Positions 50,801 to 63,000 of a stretch of 64,000 nt of DNA are shown piece after piece (positions within the stretch are counted from its first letter, which is position 1; each line of letters starts with the position of its first letter). The stretch lies in the NCBI GenBank assembly GCA_004431415.1, contig QPMI01000399.1, positions 62,001 to 126,000 on the forward strand, given 5' to 3'. Source of the DNA: Cyanophora paradoxa CCMP329. Lineage: Eukaryota > Plantae > Glaucophyta. The translations under genes and the position numbers were made by a program. Below the pieces are notes generated by a model that did not search any database, had not been told where the DNA came from, and worked only from the letters and a program-made list of their open reading frames with translations.

Positions 50801-53800
50801 GCAATATCTTCGGGATCCCGAAGAAGGGGGTCTGGGACGGGGACATCGAAGGCAACCTCCGCCCAATCACGCTCCAAGAGGTCGGCCTGAAGCTAGCGAC
50901 GGGCCTGCTCACGAAGCGACTAGCGGATGCTATAGAGAAGCACGGGGTCCTGAAGGGGGTGAACTATGGCTTCAGGAAGTCCAAGTCGACGGACGACGCC
51001 CTGCACCTCACGGTGGCCATCCTAGAGGACGCTAAAGAGCACCATAAACCCATTTATATCCTGCTCCAAGACATTCGGCGGGCGTACGATTCAGTATCGT
51101 GGGTCAGCATGGAGCTCTCCCTCCGCCGGATCGGGGCCCCGGAAGGGTACATTGACCTGCACCGCAATATCTTTGAGCGGCGGCGCGCGCGAGCGATTAC
51201 GGGGCACGGACTCTCTGACGCTTTCGAGCTTGAGTGCGGCCTCCCGCAGGGCGGCATCGAGTCCCCGCTCCACTGGCTCATCTTCTACGACGCCCTCCTC
51301 TGCGCTCAGCAAGAGTTGGACAGAATTGACTGCGACCGAGGCGGGGAGGGGGTCGCGTACGTCCTGGGCGACGCGGTCGCGGATGCCGGGCAGCCCCGCG
51401 CGCGCGTCACGGGGTGCGCGTACGCGGACGACACCCAGTGGTGGAGCGGCACAGCGGCCGGAATCCAGAAACTGGCCGACGTCGCCTCCGAGTTCTTCCG
51501 CATGCACGACATCACGGTCAACGCGTCGAAGACTGAGTTCACGTACAACAACGTCTCACCCGAGCCAGAGGCTCCGCTGCTGGGCCACCCGCGTGTGCCG
51601 GTCGGCAAGAAGCTGGCGCCGGGCGCGCACTTTAAGCTGCTCGGCGTCTACTTGACCGCGAACCTGTCGTGGACGGAGCAGATTAGACAGATGGAAGCGC
51701 AAGCCCGCGAGACCGTCGCGGTCATCGCACGCAAGCAACTGACCGCGCAAGAGGCCTGCTACATCGTCGAGGCCGTCGTGCAGGCGCGGATCGCGTACGG
51801 ACTCAAGGTGGTGCCGCTGTCGGAAGCCCAGTGCGACCGGCTGGACGCCATCTGGCTGCGAGTAGTTAAGCACCACGGCGGTCTTGCGGCGTCAACGTCG
51901 AACTATGCGCTCTGGAGCCACGGCACGTACCGCCTCCCGCGCATGGCGCACCTGATGGCCAAGAACCAGATCACGGACCTGCTCGCGCGGCTCTGTGGCG
52001 AGCCTGACGAGCTGCTATCTCAGGTGATGGCCCACCGCGTTCGCGCCCTCCAGCGAAAGCTAGGCGTGCCGCTGCTGCCGACAGAGTTCCTGAACGCGCA
52101 CGTAACGCCTCAGCTAGCGAAAGCCAACACGATCGCCGCTGTGATGCCGCTGCTGCAGCGCCGCCAGTACAGGATCCAATCGAACCACGCACGATACGTG
52201 ACCGCCCCGTACCCCCCCGGGGCCGGTGTACCCTGGCCGAAGCCGGCAGAGCTCTTGCGCGAGTACGTGCTGGCGACGCACATCCCCAAAGAGATCTTCA
52301 GAGATGCGGCCCCTGCCCTCTACGCCGCCGGCATGTACTGGATGTCCTCCGTTACGGCGCGCGACGGCGAGCGCCTATGCACTTGGCGGGACCTGCACCT
52401 CCGCGCCCCCCGCAACACCCTGCCCTGGGCCGCCCCTCCCTGGTGGAACACCCTCGCCAAGGCCCTGACGCTGGACGCCAGCGGCAAGGGAGCCCTCCGG
52501 CACCCGATGAGGCAGCCCCCCGGTACTCCCCCCTCGGCCATGGCTCAGCTGCCAGGCGGAGCTAAGAAATACATTCACCGACCGGACGATTTCGTCTGCT
52601 ACTACGACCTGGCGACCATTCACGATGCGACGATACCGCCCCACGTCGGCCGCCTCCGTACGGCTGACTCCGAGCCGGGCCGCCTTGTTGCGACGGAATG
52701 CCGGCTCGAACACTGGATCCCCGTCCCGGAAGAAGCAGACTCGGTCGCCGACGGCGCCTACTGCCGCTGCGACGGGCACTGTCAGCACGAAATCCGGGAG
52801 CCGCCCCTTGCGCAGCGCCGCTACAATATCATACCCGGGGAGGGCCGGCGGCACTGGCACGACGATCACACCTGCCCGCGAGCCGAAGGCGCGGCCTGCC
52901 GGGCGACGAGCACCTGCGACGATGCAGGGGAGCACGGGACCTCGATCGGGGGCTGGGCCGAACATGCCGCTGCGCTGGGAGCCGTACCTGGCGCTGTGTC
53001 GATGGTCGAGTACAGCAACGTGCCCGCGGCCGAGTGTGAGGGCCAGGTCGCCACCCGCTCAGGCCGCGCCAGCCGCAAGGTCCGGTGCCAGGGCCTGCTC
53101 GAATACTTTCACCCCACACGGGCCGCGGCGGCGGCGGCGATGGACGCGCACCGGTGGCGGATGCTGCTGCAGGCCAGGCAGGAGGGCGACGATCGCGTTC
53201 AGTGGCACCTCCTCTCACCCGAGGACGCCGCCCACCTCGCAGAGCTGGAAGCGGACCCGCCGGAGCCGCTACACCTGCCGCAAGACGAAGCGGAGCCGAT
53301 CAGCTCTGAGCAAGCGCGGAACTACTACGACGAGCTGATGGACGGGGAGGTCTGGGCGACCTTCTTTAAAGCGTGGGACGGGCTCGAGGCGGACCTCCGC
53401 AGTGACCTACGGGCAGCTGAAACCGAATCCGACGGGACCTACGTGGCGGACACGCCAGCCCAAGTCTGGACGGACGGGAGCCTGCAGGAAGGCCAGACGA
53501 ACTTCGCGCGCGGGGCCTTTGCGGTCCACTGGCCAGAGCGCCACCTGCGCACCGGCGCGAGCCTCCACCCCCCGAACGTTTTCCCCGACTTTCACGCCCG
53601 CCTGAGCGGGACACAGGAAATCAATAAAGCGGAATTGCAGGCAGTGCTTATGGCGGACATGTTGTCACCGTTCGGAGCGGTGGTTCACATCGACAACCAG
53701 AACGCGATCCGCTGGTGCACGGAGTTCGTCCTTGACGCCGCCCAGCGTAGCCCGCGCGAGTACATCCGGCACGCCTGCTCCGCTGAGCTGTACGCGTGGC

Positions 53801-56233
53801 GTAAACTGAGAGCACAGCTAGACTTGCGGGGACGGCCGCTCACGCTCGTAAAGGTCAAGGCCCATGCGAAAGGCGACGCGCGGGACCCGCACAACGATGT
53901 CGCCGACGCTATAGCAAACCGCATAGCCGACACACAGCTACCTGACAAGCGCCTTCACGAGCCCGTTTTCCTGCCGCCGGAATTCAGCATGCCCGCGGTC
54001 CTCACAATCGGCAACGGTGACGGCACCGTAAGGCGGGTGGAAGGCGACCCGAAGGAGCACATGGACACCTTGCACGAGCACCACACGCACTTCGCTTGGG
54101 CGCAGCAACCACTGGCTGGAGCGGTCCTTCGCCGCGGCGACGCCGGGGCAGACATCGGCGGACTGTACGCGGAAACGGCTGTAGGATCCAGGTTCCGCGG
54201 CGCGAGCGGGGCTAGCAACGCGCTCTTCAAGTTCAGGACCCAACTACTCTGCAGCTCCCTCCCAGCGAACGAAGTCCGGGTACGGGATAGGCCCGACCTC
54301 TACGCAGCCCACAACCCGGGCGGCCGTTGCGCGGCTTGCGCTACGCGGACACCGCGTGCTCGGCAAGATCGAGCAAGCCCAGCTGAAGCGAGCGAGCAGC
54401 CAGTGCAGGCCGGCCCCAGCAGACAGCGCGCGGTGCCGACAGTTCTTACGGCGGGCCCAGCGGAGACATTCACGCACGTCTTCCTATGCCCGGGGCCCCA
54501 TGCAGTGGCGCACCGCGCGGAGACCGCCCGTGAGCTGAATCGCTTCCTGCGGCGCGTCCACCGCGAGGCTCACGGCTCCCAGCCCAAAAACGTCGATCCA
54601 ACGCTGGCACTCGCCTCCGGTCTTGTGCCCGCCTACCTACGCGTAGCCGACGATGACGCCGCAGCGCGCAGACTCGACGACGACCCGACCGTCTTCCCGC
54701 GGCTCTGGGTACTCCAGGGCGTCGCTCCTACATCGCTCGAAAGCGACCTGATCCGTCGGCTCGACCTCGATCCGCGCCGCGCTCCCCGCACGGCTAAGCG
54801 CGTGCGCCAGATGCTAATAGAACGCGCGCGTCGGCTCTGGTCCAACAGGTGTGCGATCAACGCCGCATGGGAGAAGGATTGTCGCATCTCCCAGGCCTCC
54901 AAACGCCGCCCGCGCCCGCGCCGCACAGGGGCTAGAGCTAAAGAGCGCGCCCGCGGCCCTCGTGCCCGATAGAATACTGCCCGCCTGCGACGGGCCCCTG
55001 CACCTCCATAACGAACTCCGTGCAGCCCAGAACGCTGACTGCCCGCCGGAATACCGAGGATGGAAGGCAGCGCTTCAAGCCCAAGAGCTCTACGACAGCA
55101 CCAAGGTCCGCCCTGGAGCCTGCCCCCCCGGACGATTAACCTACCCTCGTAGGGGGGGGGGGGGGGGGGGGGGGGCTACCACTGGAGGAGACGAGGAGAC
55201 ACGGAGACTCCATCACTACGCCCACTGACGACCTCACTCTCAACCTATCACCTACGGCCGCTCGCCGGGCCCTCGCGCCCGCCGCCGACCCGCCGTCACC
55301 TGCGCGACTTGCGCCTCCACACGTCCCTCGCTATCGCCGACACGCTCGCCTTCCGCCGCCACCGCTGCTCTTGCTCCCCCTGCCCTCTCTCGCCCGTTGC
55401 CCCAGTCGCCTTCCCCCACGGCCCCACCCTCCACCCCCTCTGCCCCTGCCATTCTGCTGATCTCCCGCTACCCCAGGGAGGGGACGGTGGTGCGGGCTGC
55501 CAGGTGGAAGGTCGTCAGTCGGCCGCTGAACCCACCGGCGCCTGCCCCGGCCACGCGCCAGGCCGGGGCGGTCGGACCGCCGTGGAGGGGGCTCGTCATT
55601 GCCCGCGGCGGGGGGGAGGCGGTCGGCGGGCGGCTGGAAGCCCGGCAGAACGCGCCACTGGAACCTCCCTCCTCCCGACCGCGGCTGCCCGACCCGGTCC
55701 TCCCCCGTCCTTTCCCGCCGCCCAACGTCGCCCCATGCCGTGCCCTCCTCCCTGCCCCCGTCCCCCCTTCCCCCGACCAATCTCCCCCGATGCTCTGAAC
55801 CCGGCGGCTCCACCAGGCTTGCTCTCGCACGAGCGAGCCCCCGACCCGACCCGCCGTGCCGACGACACGGCGGGCCGTACTCTAGCGTGTACAGAGTGGC
55901 TAGATTATAGTGCGCCTTCTCGGAGGCCCTAGCCTACTAGGCATAGAGCTAGCTACAGCTGCAGCTCACTTCGCTGCCCACCTCTGATTTCTACTCTCGT
56001 CCCCGGGTAGCCACTCCCTCTCCCGCGTAGGATCTTTCCTGTGCTGCAGCTCTACTACTAGGCTAGACTTAGTTCCCGGGGTAGCGTCTTCAGTTACTTT
56101 CATATCCGAGCTCCACCCGGTCCGATGTCCGAAAGGCTTAGTCCCGTAGGCTCATCTCTCGACTTGACACAGATGGACACCTCAGTTATATCTCTAGCCA
56201 TTTGTCTCGGTGTGTGCGAATTCATTAGCGCGG
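47802..56233 (+). mobile_element. Full-length 8.4-kb non-LTR retrotransposon (family C) with 17-bp TSD and no poly(A)
   Basis: TSD agcgtacaaattcgaga at 47785-47801 and 56234-56250; 3' end shared with the insertions at 36422 and 38002. Confidence 0.95.
48288..54972 (+). CDS. LINE polyprotein: AP endonuclease, reverse transcriptase, RNase H and Cys/His motif, with two frameshifts near 49680 and 49900
   Basis: MTFNTRG, LQEL, LGDWNS, SDHFPV; LRPITL, QDIRRAYDSV, GLPQG, YADD; WTDGS, KAELQAV, HIDN, KVKAH, NDVAD; CAAC...HVFLC. Confidence 0.93.
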
Positions 56234-56250
56234 AGCGTACAAATTCGAGA

Positions 56251-57891
56251 TTTGATCCATGAGAGAGAGTCGATGGAAAATTGCGTGATGTCATCGTCGA
56301 GGTGAGTGCGTGAATTGATTCAGGACAAGTACTGGGCGAACATGCAGGACGGACGTTTCTCGGACGTTACAGGAATTTCGTTCGCCGACCCGGATTTCCG
56401 CAGTTGGCAGGGCTAATCCAGATTTTCTGAGGGAGCTGCGGAAGTTGGCAGTCATTACTCGTGGAGCGGAGCGGAACTATCTTCCAGCGATCTTCTGGAC
56501 CCAGTACGCGGCATGCGCCGTTGATGCGTACGTGTCAGTCGATGGGGCCATTGCAAATGGTACCTGATGGGGGATCGCAGAATTGACGGGGCGATCACGT
56601 TGGGGCCAATGCCAGCGGTATCGGCAAGAGGTACGGAGCGTGGCGCCCACACGGTGAAGACAGCAGCTGGAATTGGAGCGAAATCTAGTCTGATCAGAAG
56701 CGTTTCCTGTCGTTATGAGGTGAGTACGTACCAAATCACTGGTGAGATTCACCAGTGAGCCGTATTTGAGCTCGATCGCAGGAGATGAGTGCACTGGCTG
56801 CCCTGCAACATATACCTGAGATTGAAAACTTTCTCAATGACATCCCGCACCTGAACGATGTTGAAAATGAAGGGGCGGTTCGGAACGGATTACGCGGGTA
56901 CGACTACGACACTCATACTGAAGGCAAGCTTGACGGGGGAGTGCGGAGGACCGCCCGGAGTCCTGACGACGTCGTTCTGAACGGAAGGTCAGTACGCAGA
57001 CATCTTCGTACGCAGACAGCACCGATGCAGAGAGTTTACCCGCAGCGAGGAAGATGCATCGTCGGAGTACAGAAGCCTTGTGACAGCATTCATTCGGCGA
57101 CAGGAGCGTTGCGGCGCGTGCCCAAGAGTTCGGGCGCTTGTTGAGATGTTTCGCGCTGAGCGGGAGGCGGATGGCAACACACGCGAAACTTGGTTTGCTC
57201 GTGTGAGATGTGCTTCAACGTATTCTCCGGTTTGACCCGCCCGCACTGCAGGACCTCCTGGGCCATGGCCGGGGACCCAAATCTTTTGTGGGCGCCGGAT
57301 GGGGGACTTGGCGTTGAGGAGGAGGATTTGGTCTGGGTTGGCATCCCGCTCAATAAGGGCAAGATGTATAAGGTTTTCTATGCGAAGCATCACCTCTTCT
57401 ACTCCAAAAATCTCTCCACCGAGAAACTCGACAGTTCCTTTTTCTCCTTCATCGACTTCGTTCCACAAAGAGACCTGTGCGATGCGAACGGCGCCCCGCT
57501 GATGATTCTGCCGGTTGGGCGGAAATCATTGCTCACAGCGGACGAGATTCGAGAGGATCCAGATCGGCAAGAGGCGATTCGGCGCTACGCGCGTGCTCAC
57601 GGCCTCTTTGAGTTCCGGCACCCGAGGGACTCATCGTGCACCTTCCGCATCATCCGGGCGGATGTGTACGCTCTACCAACGTACCTGCCCATGGCCAATC
57701 TAGACCGCGTGAACGTGGCCGTGGTGGAGTCAGAGTTCCGGTGGGTCTGGCCAGAGTGGATCGAACCCTGGCGCGCGAATCCTTTTCCTGACTACGAGTA
57801 CGAGGACATGGAACGAGTCGTCCCCCACCTGTCCGTGGAGCAGATCATACGCGCCCAGCAGTCGTTCCCATCTTATAATCCCATCTTATAA
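56251..57891 (+). pseudogene. Probable C-terminal region of a CACTA-like transposase, host of the LINE insertion
   Basis: RWGHCKW...ERGAHTVK and YKVFYAKHHLFYS...LDSSFF resemble the DUF4218/DUF4216-type downstream regions; ORF 57190..57891. Confidence 0.45.
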
Positions 57892-57977
57892 TCGCGGCAT
57901 TCGTGGCGAAGCTTTCGTAAGTTAGCTGGAGATCGATTTACAGAGCCCAAGGTGCTTTACAAGAAAATTCGCTGTAG

Positions 57978-60091
57978 CTAGAGGTAGATGTACGTTGTCC
58001 GAAGATTAACCAGGCAAGTCCGGCACAGGCAGCGGGTTTTCAGGATGTCCAATTGTTCATCCCAGGGATCCGCCTGGGGGGATCCATCAGGGAAAGGAAG
58101 GTCGAACGCATTGCTCAACCGAATTCTTGGCAATTCGCACCGCATAGTTCCATGTGAGCCAGTCTCCGGGGCTGATGAGCTTTCGTGCGAAAAAGACGAG
58201 CCGCTCAACGTCTCCAACGGTGACGTAAAGTAGCTCTAGGTTCGGGTCGCAGTCATGGTTTACAGCGACAGGCCATCCCCCATGGGCCATCTGGATGACA
58301 CTATTTTTACGACTGCGCAACGATTAGATTCGCAGCGATGGAACCAGAGAAATGGACTTCTTGAACTTGCAATGTGTCGTGGAGGCCTGTTGATCGTAAG
58401 CAGCCCGAGCAGCTGTTCTCGTCACAATGCTGCCGAGGATCTCGGCAACCTTCTGGCCTGGGAGGATTGGCTCCGCAAACGGATGCAATCTGGCACCGAC
58501 GCCACGCTTATTACGAAGGGGGAGTACGTCTCCCCGGCCTTCTTGACAAATCGGTTTCCGCAACTGAGACCGCTTGCGTGCTTGCAAATACGACTAAAGC
58601 ACTGAATTTGGGAGGAAGCGTTGTGGCATGCCGTCCGTTTTGCACTCTCGGTTTTACCACGCTCACAATAGAAATCGTCGCAGCGTGTGCCCTGGGCCTT
58701 GCACTGACAACATCATATGTAGATGATGTCTCGCATTCTGCGGACACCAATTCGGGTCAATTAGACACCAATTCGGGTCAAGACGAGATCAATAACAAAA
58801 GAAAAGGACGGACTGTCCCCGTTCTTCATTGGCTCGAAGCTCTTGAATCCATCTGTACAGAAGTTCTGGCGTAGCTGGTTCAACCGTTCTGCAGCGACGG
58901 GAGAGCCGTCGTGCGTCATCGCCGCCAGGTTCGGGCTGAATACTTCGACATACTTCTTGTGAGGAAAAGGACGGATCGGACAGTTCACAACCTCTCGATT
59001 ATACTGTATGACATTCTCGGCGAACCTGATTATCGCCGTGAGAATCGTGGAGTTGTGGAGAAAACAATGTGTACCGCTTAGCCTGTTGTTCGGCCTCCAT
59101 TTCGGCACCTTTCGCGCCTGTTCTGGCGAAGCACGCGATGTACGCATCCAAAAGGCCTGCAGCGAAATCGTCCAACACCCTGGGGAAAATGAAGTCTTTC
59201 GCAATTGTCGGGTCATTCTTCCCAATGAAGCCCGTCGCATCGAGACTCTGTCGAATTGAGCGTGCGGACAGATCGAGGTACAGGCAGGCGTGCATCCCGC
59301 ACTGCGCATAGGACTCAGCGCGAGTTGCGGTTGTGTAAACTTATCAAAATGAGAAGAGCACCGACCAACACACTGTCCCACCGTTGATGGCTTGAGCACA
59401 GATCAACCAGTCTTACGCGATCTGAAGCCGGCCCCGTACCTGGCAACTGGTGACAGAGGCCAGCCTGGAACATGTACGACAGTACATCTCCAAACGAAGC
59501 TTCAAGATCGGCGTCCAAGGAATTGAAGGAGTTGAAGATGATAACGCCGTATCCATCGCGCAGGCAAAGAATGTAAACAACATACCTTCCATAAAGCAAG
59601 TTTGCAACACGCGCTTCACGGTATACTACGTATTAAAGCGCACCAGTGCACGTTCTTTTGGAAATAAAACGCAAAGCCGGTCAGTGAGCCAACATGTGGG
59701 TGCTCCCAAATCGTCTCGCCTCTCGACTGCAGCCGCTTTATCTTGTCGGAAAACCATTTTCCATAGCCGTTGTTAGACACCGGAATATCGTTCGCGCCGA
59801 TAGCACCGAGGAAATAGATGCCCGAGTTGCACAGAACGTCGGTTGTACCCATGAGTACTGTACCTGCGAAGGGAGGGCATGCTCACAACCACTAGCACGC
59901 TCACATTGCGGAGAGAAGGTAAGACGAACAGTTGGCCATGTCGTAGCTTCTGAACATGTCCCCGGGCCGATACAATGGCATAAACAAGTACCCACGCTCC
60001 ACTATCTTGTTCACATCAGGTTCCTCCGTTGCCGTTTCGGATTCCAGGCAAGGGCCTTGGAGCTCGTAGGTGAGCAGGGACGTTTTATCGC
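57978..60091 (-). CDS. 3' part of a spliced gene encoding a Ulp1/clan-CE-like cysteine protease followed by a SET and post-SET domain (repeated in each unit)
   Basis: After removing GT-AG introns: KNVHWYVVYIL...IIFNSF and HQRWDSVL-CGMHAC; then RGVG...ILPGQKVAExLG, VNHDCDPN, FARKLISPGDWLTWNY, CLCRTC, stop at 57978-57980. Confidence 0.75.
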
Positions 60092-63000
60092 CTAGAGGTA
60101 GATGTACGTTGTCCGAAGATTAACCAGGCAAGTCCGGCACAGGCAGCGGGTTTTCAGGATGTCCAATTGTTCATCCCAGGGATCCGCCTGGGGGGATCCA
60201 TCAGGGAAAGGAAGGTCGAACGCATTGCTCAACCGAATTCTTGGCAATTCGCACCGCATAGTTCCATGTGAGCCAGTCTCCGGGGCTGATGAGCTTTCGT
60301 GCGAAAAAGACGAGCCGCTCAACGTCTCCAACGGTGACGTAAAGTAGCTCTAGGTTCGGGTCGCAGTCATGGTTTACAGCGACAGGCCATCCCCCATGGG
60401 CCATCTGGATGACACTATTTTTACGACTGCGCAACGATTAGATTCGCAGCGATGGAACCAGAGAAATGGACTTCTTGAACTTGCAATGTGTCGTGGAGGC
60501 CTGTTGATTGTAAGCAGCCCGAGCAGCTGTTCTCGTCACAATGCTGCCGAGGACCTCGGCGACCTTCTGGCCTGGGAGGATTGGCTCCGCAAACGGATGC
60601 AATCTGGCACCGACGCCACGCTTATTACGAAGGGGGAGTACGTCTCCCCGGCCTTCTTGACAAATCGGTTTCTGCAACTGAGACCGCTTGCGTGCTTGCA
60701 AATACGACTAAAGCACTGAATTTGGGAGGAAGCGTTGTGGCATGCCGTCCGTTTTGCACTCTCGGTTTTACCACGCTCACGATAGAAATCGTCGCAGCGT
60801 GTGCCCTGGGCCTTGCACTGACAACATCATATGTAGATGATGTCTCGCATTCTGCGGACACCAATTCGGGTCAATTAGACACCAATTCGGGTCAAGACGA
60901 GATCAATAACAAAAGAAAAGGACGGACTGTCCCCGTTCTTCATTGGCTCGAAGCTCTTGAATCCATCTGTACAGAAGTTCTGGCGTAGCTGGTTCAACCG
61001 TTCTGCAGCGACGGGAGAGCCGTCGTGCGTCATCGCCGCCAGGTTCGGGCTGAATACTTCGACATACTTCTTGTGAGGAAAAGGACGGATCGGACAGTTC
61101 ACAACCTCTCGATTATACTGTATGACATTCTCGGCGAACCTGATTATCGCCGTGAGAATCGTGGAGTTGTGGAGAAAACAATGTGTACCGCTTAGCCTGT
61201 TGTTCGGCCTCCATTTCGGCACCTTTCGCGCCTGTTCTGGCGAAGCACGCGATGTACGCATCCAAAAGGCCTGCAGCGAAATCGTCCAACACCCTGGGGA
61301 AAATGAAGTCTTTCGCAATTGTCGGGTCATTCTTCCCAATGAAGCCCGTCGCATCGAGACTCTGTCGAATTGAGCGTGCGGACAGATCGAGGTACAGGCA
61401 GGCGTGCATCCCGCACTGCGCATAGGACTCAGCGCGAGTTGCGGTTGTGTAAACTTATCAAAATGAGAAGAGCACCGACCAACACACTGTCCCACCGTTG
61501 ATGGCTTGAGCACAGATCGACCAGTCTTACGCGATCTGAAGCCGGCCCCGTACCTGGCAACTGGTGACAGAGGCCAGCCTGGAACATGTACGACAGTACA
61601 TCTCCAAACGAAGCTTCAAGATCGGCGTCCAAGGAATTGAAGGAGTTGAAGATGATAACGCCGTATCCATCGCGCAGGCAAAGAATGTAAACAACATACC
61701 TTCCGTAAAGCAAGTTTGCAACACGCGCTTCACGGTATACTACGTATTAAAGCGCACCAGTGCACGTTCTTTTGGAAATAAAACGCAAAGCCGGTCAGTG
61801 AGCCAACATGTGGGTGCTCCCAAATCGTCTCGCCTCTCGACTGCAGCCGCTTTATCTTGTCGGAAAACCATTTTCCATAGCCGTTGTTAGACACCGGAAT
61901 ATCGTTCGCGCCGATAGCACCGAGGAAATAGATGCCCGAGTTGCACAGAACGTCGGTTGTACCCATGAGTACTGTACCTGCGAAGGGAGGGCATGCTCAC
62001 AACCACTAGCACGCTCACATTGCGGAGAGAAGGTAAGACGAACAGTTGGCCATGTCGTAGCTTCTGAACATGTCCCCGGGCCGATACAATGGCATAAACA
62101 AGTACCCACGCTCCACTATCTTGTTCACATCAGGTTCCTCCGTTGCCGTTTCGGATTCCAGGCAAGGGCCTTGGAGCTCGTAGATGAGCAGGGACGTTTT
62201 ATCGCCTAGAGGTAGATGTACGTTGTCCGAAGATTAACCAGGCAAGTCCGGCACAGGCAGCGGGTTTTCAGGATGTCCAATTGTTCATCCCAGGGATCCG
62301 CCTGGGGGGATCCATCAGGGAAAGGAAGGTCGAACGCATTGCTCAACCGAATTCTTGGCAATTCGCACCGCATAGTTCCATGTGAGCCAGTCTCCGGGGC
62401 TGATGAGCTTTCGTGCGAAAAAGACGAGCCGCTCAACGTCTCCAACGGTGACGTAAAGTAGCTCTAGGTTCGGGTCGCAGTCATGGTTTACAGCGACAGG
62501 CCATCCCCCATGGGCCATCTGGATGACACTATTTTTACGACTGCGCAACGATTAGATTCGCAGCGATGGAACCAGAGAAATGGACTTCTTGAACTTGCAA
62601 TGTGTCGTGGAGGCCTGTTGATCGTAAGCAGCCCGAGCAGCTGTTCTCGTCACAATGCTGCCGAGGACCTCGGCGACCTTCTGGCCTGGGAGGATTGGCT
62701 CCGCAAACGGATGCAATCTGGCACCGACGCCACGCTTATTACGAAGGGGGAGTACGTCTCCCTGGCCTTCTTGACAAATCGGTTTCCGCAACTGAGACCG
62801 CTTGCGTGCTTGCAAATACGACTAAAGCACTGAATTTGGGAGGAAGCGTTGTGGCACGCCGTCCGTTTTGCACTCTCGGTTTTACCACGCTCACAATAGA
62901 AATCGTCGCAGCGTGTGCCCTGGGCCTTGCACTGACAACATCATATGTAGATGATGTCTCGCATTCTGCGGACACCAATTCGGGTCAATTAGACACCAAT

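Noticed and set aside
36432-56226. Inverted 120-bp copies as TIRs of a 20-kb transposon
   Set aside because: Each copy is the 3' end of a separate LINE insertion with its own TSD.
57975-57985. Helitron 3' end (CTAG) explaining the 2114-bp tandem
   Set aside because: No subterminal hairpin and no A/T target; the CTAG is simply the gene's stop codon context.
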